Assembly: GCF_018350175.1 (NCBI RefSeq)
Contig: NC_058368.1
Coordinates: 53,632,001 to 53,696,000 of the forward strand
Origin: Felis catus
Lineage: Eukaryota
DNA length: 64,000 nucleotides
Direction: 5' to 3'
Position numbers and translations under genes: made by a program. This document shows positions 63,235 to 64,000 of this stretch, in pieces (the first letter of the stretch is position 1; every line of letters starts with the position of its first letter). The notes beneath the pieces are model-generated. The model searched no databases. It saw only the letters and a program-made list of their open reading frames with translations, and was not told the origin of the DNA.

Positions 63235-64000
63235 CTTTTCAACACAGAATTTAAGGCTCTACTTCTATGGAAACAACTTCATTCCCCTTTAAAATAAGAA
63301 CTTACTTAGCAATTCCAGAGAACAAGGTCTTATAGGGAAACAAAATTTGGAAAAACATTCTCAGCCAATACTCCCCCTTACCAAATGCATTTCTGTGCCC
63401 ATCATTTTCTAAGCCAATAAGGTACAGTAGAGTTAATGGATGAATTCTAGGATGTAAATTAAATGTTAAAATATTAATAACATATTTCTCTGATGCCTTT
63501 TTTTTTAGAGCTTTTATTGTTCACTTAGATTGAAGACCAGTTTCATGTTGTATTATTTTTCATGTAAAATTCTTGAAATTTAAATAGGCTACTCTTGAGT
63601 CTAGTTCAGGTTAGTGGCTGCCTCACAATGGCTGGGTTCATTTAGACATCCATCTATCATACTTTTAATATTGTTTGATAATCTATTTAAGCCACACAGG
63701 TGCCAAATAAGCTCATGAACTGTGAGAAATTTCCAAGGTAATGTATAATCATGTCCAACATTGTAAATAAATACAAAATTGACTTTATAAACTGTTGTCA
63801 GCTGTTGAGTCAAAACTAATGACAAATCTTAAAGTAATCTTTGGCAACCATCTAAAATAAATTTATATTATTTACTGCTACAAAATGTTTAGTGTATATG
63901 ATTTTTATATTCTGGCATTATCTTATTTGTGTTTTATATACTTTCAGCTGAGTATTTTAGTTTTGTTTTTTTTTTAATGTTGAGAGTGACAGAGAGTGTG

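Noticed and set aside
62880..63900. AT-rich region with minus-strand AATAAA motifs as the 3' end of a convergent gene
   Set aside because: No linked exon or stop codon visible in the window; such hexamers are frequent in AT-rich DNA
1..64000. CRISPR-like arrays, intact transposases, retron or defence-type systems, tRNA or rRNA genes
   Set aside because: No regularly spaced repeat-spacer array or long coding ORF seen; tRNA-like A/B boxes belong to SINE heads

Overview
Mammalian nuclear DNA, almost certainly from a felid (diagnostic young Felidae-type Can-SINEs). The window is dominated by interspersed repeats: about 27 Can-SINEs, old L1M, L2 and MIR fragments, MaLR/ERVL LTRs, and hAT/Tigger MITEs. 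None of the ORF-track ORFs looks like a real gene. Reading splice signals directly gives a candidate 3' end of a plus-strand protein-coding gene: a 54-nt internal exon (4147-4200) that splices in frame to a terminal exon (19997 onward), encoding ...xVTEVILARFTWFLEMTFGLVYHLLKYLY*, followed by a ~1.3 kb repeat-free 3'UTR-like region with poly(A) signals. I could not name the gene. The most unusual structure is at 7.7-9.3 kb: two nested, TSD-flanked, poly(A)-tailed retrocopies of non-TE-like RNA inside an old L1, plus a partly inverted ~110-bp local templated copy. Also present are a full-length Y3 RNA retropseudogene, a strong CTCF motif inside an L1 5' region, and several repeat-free putative regulatory blocks. 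I see no convincing evidence of a new biological system such as CRISPR-like arrays, intact transposases or novel operons. Repeat family names come from recalled consensus sequences and boundaries are approximate.
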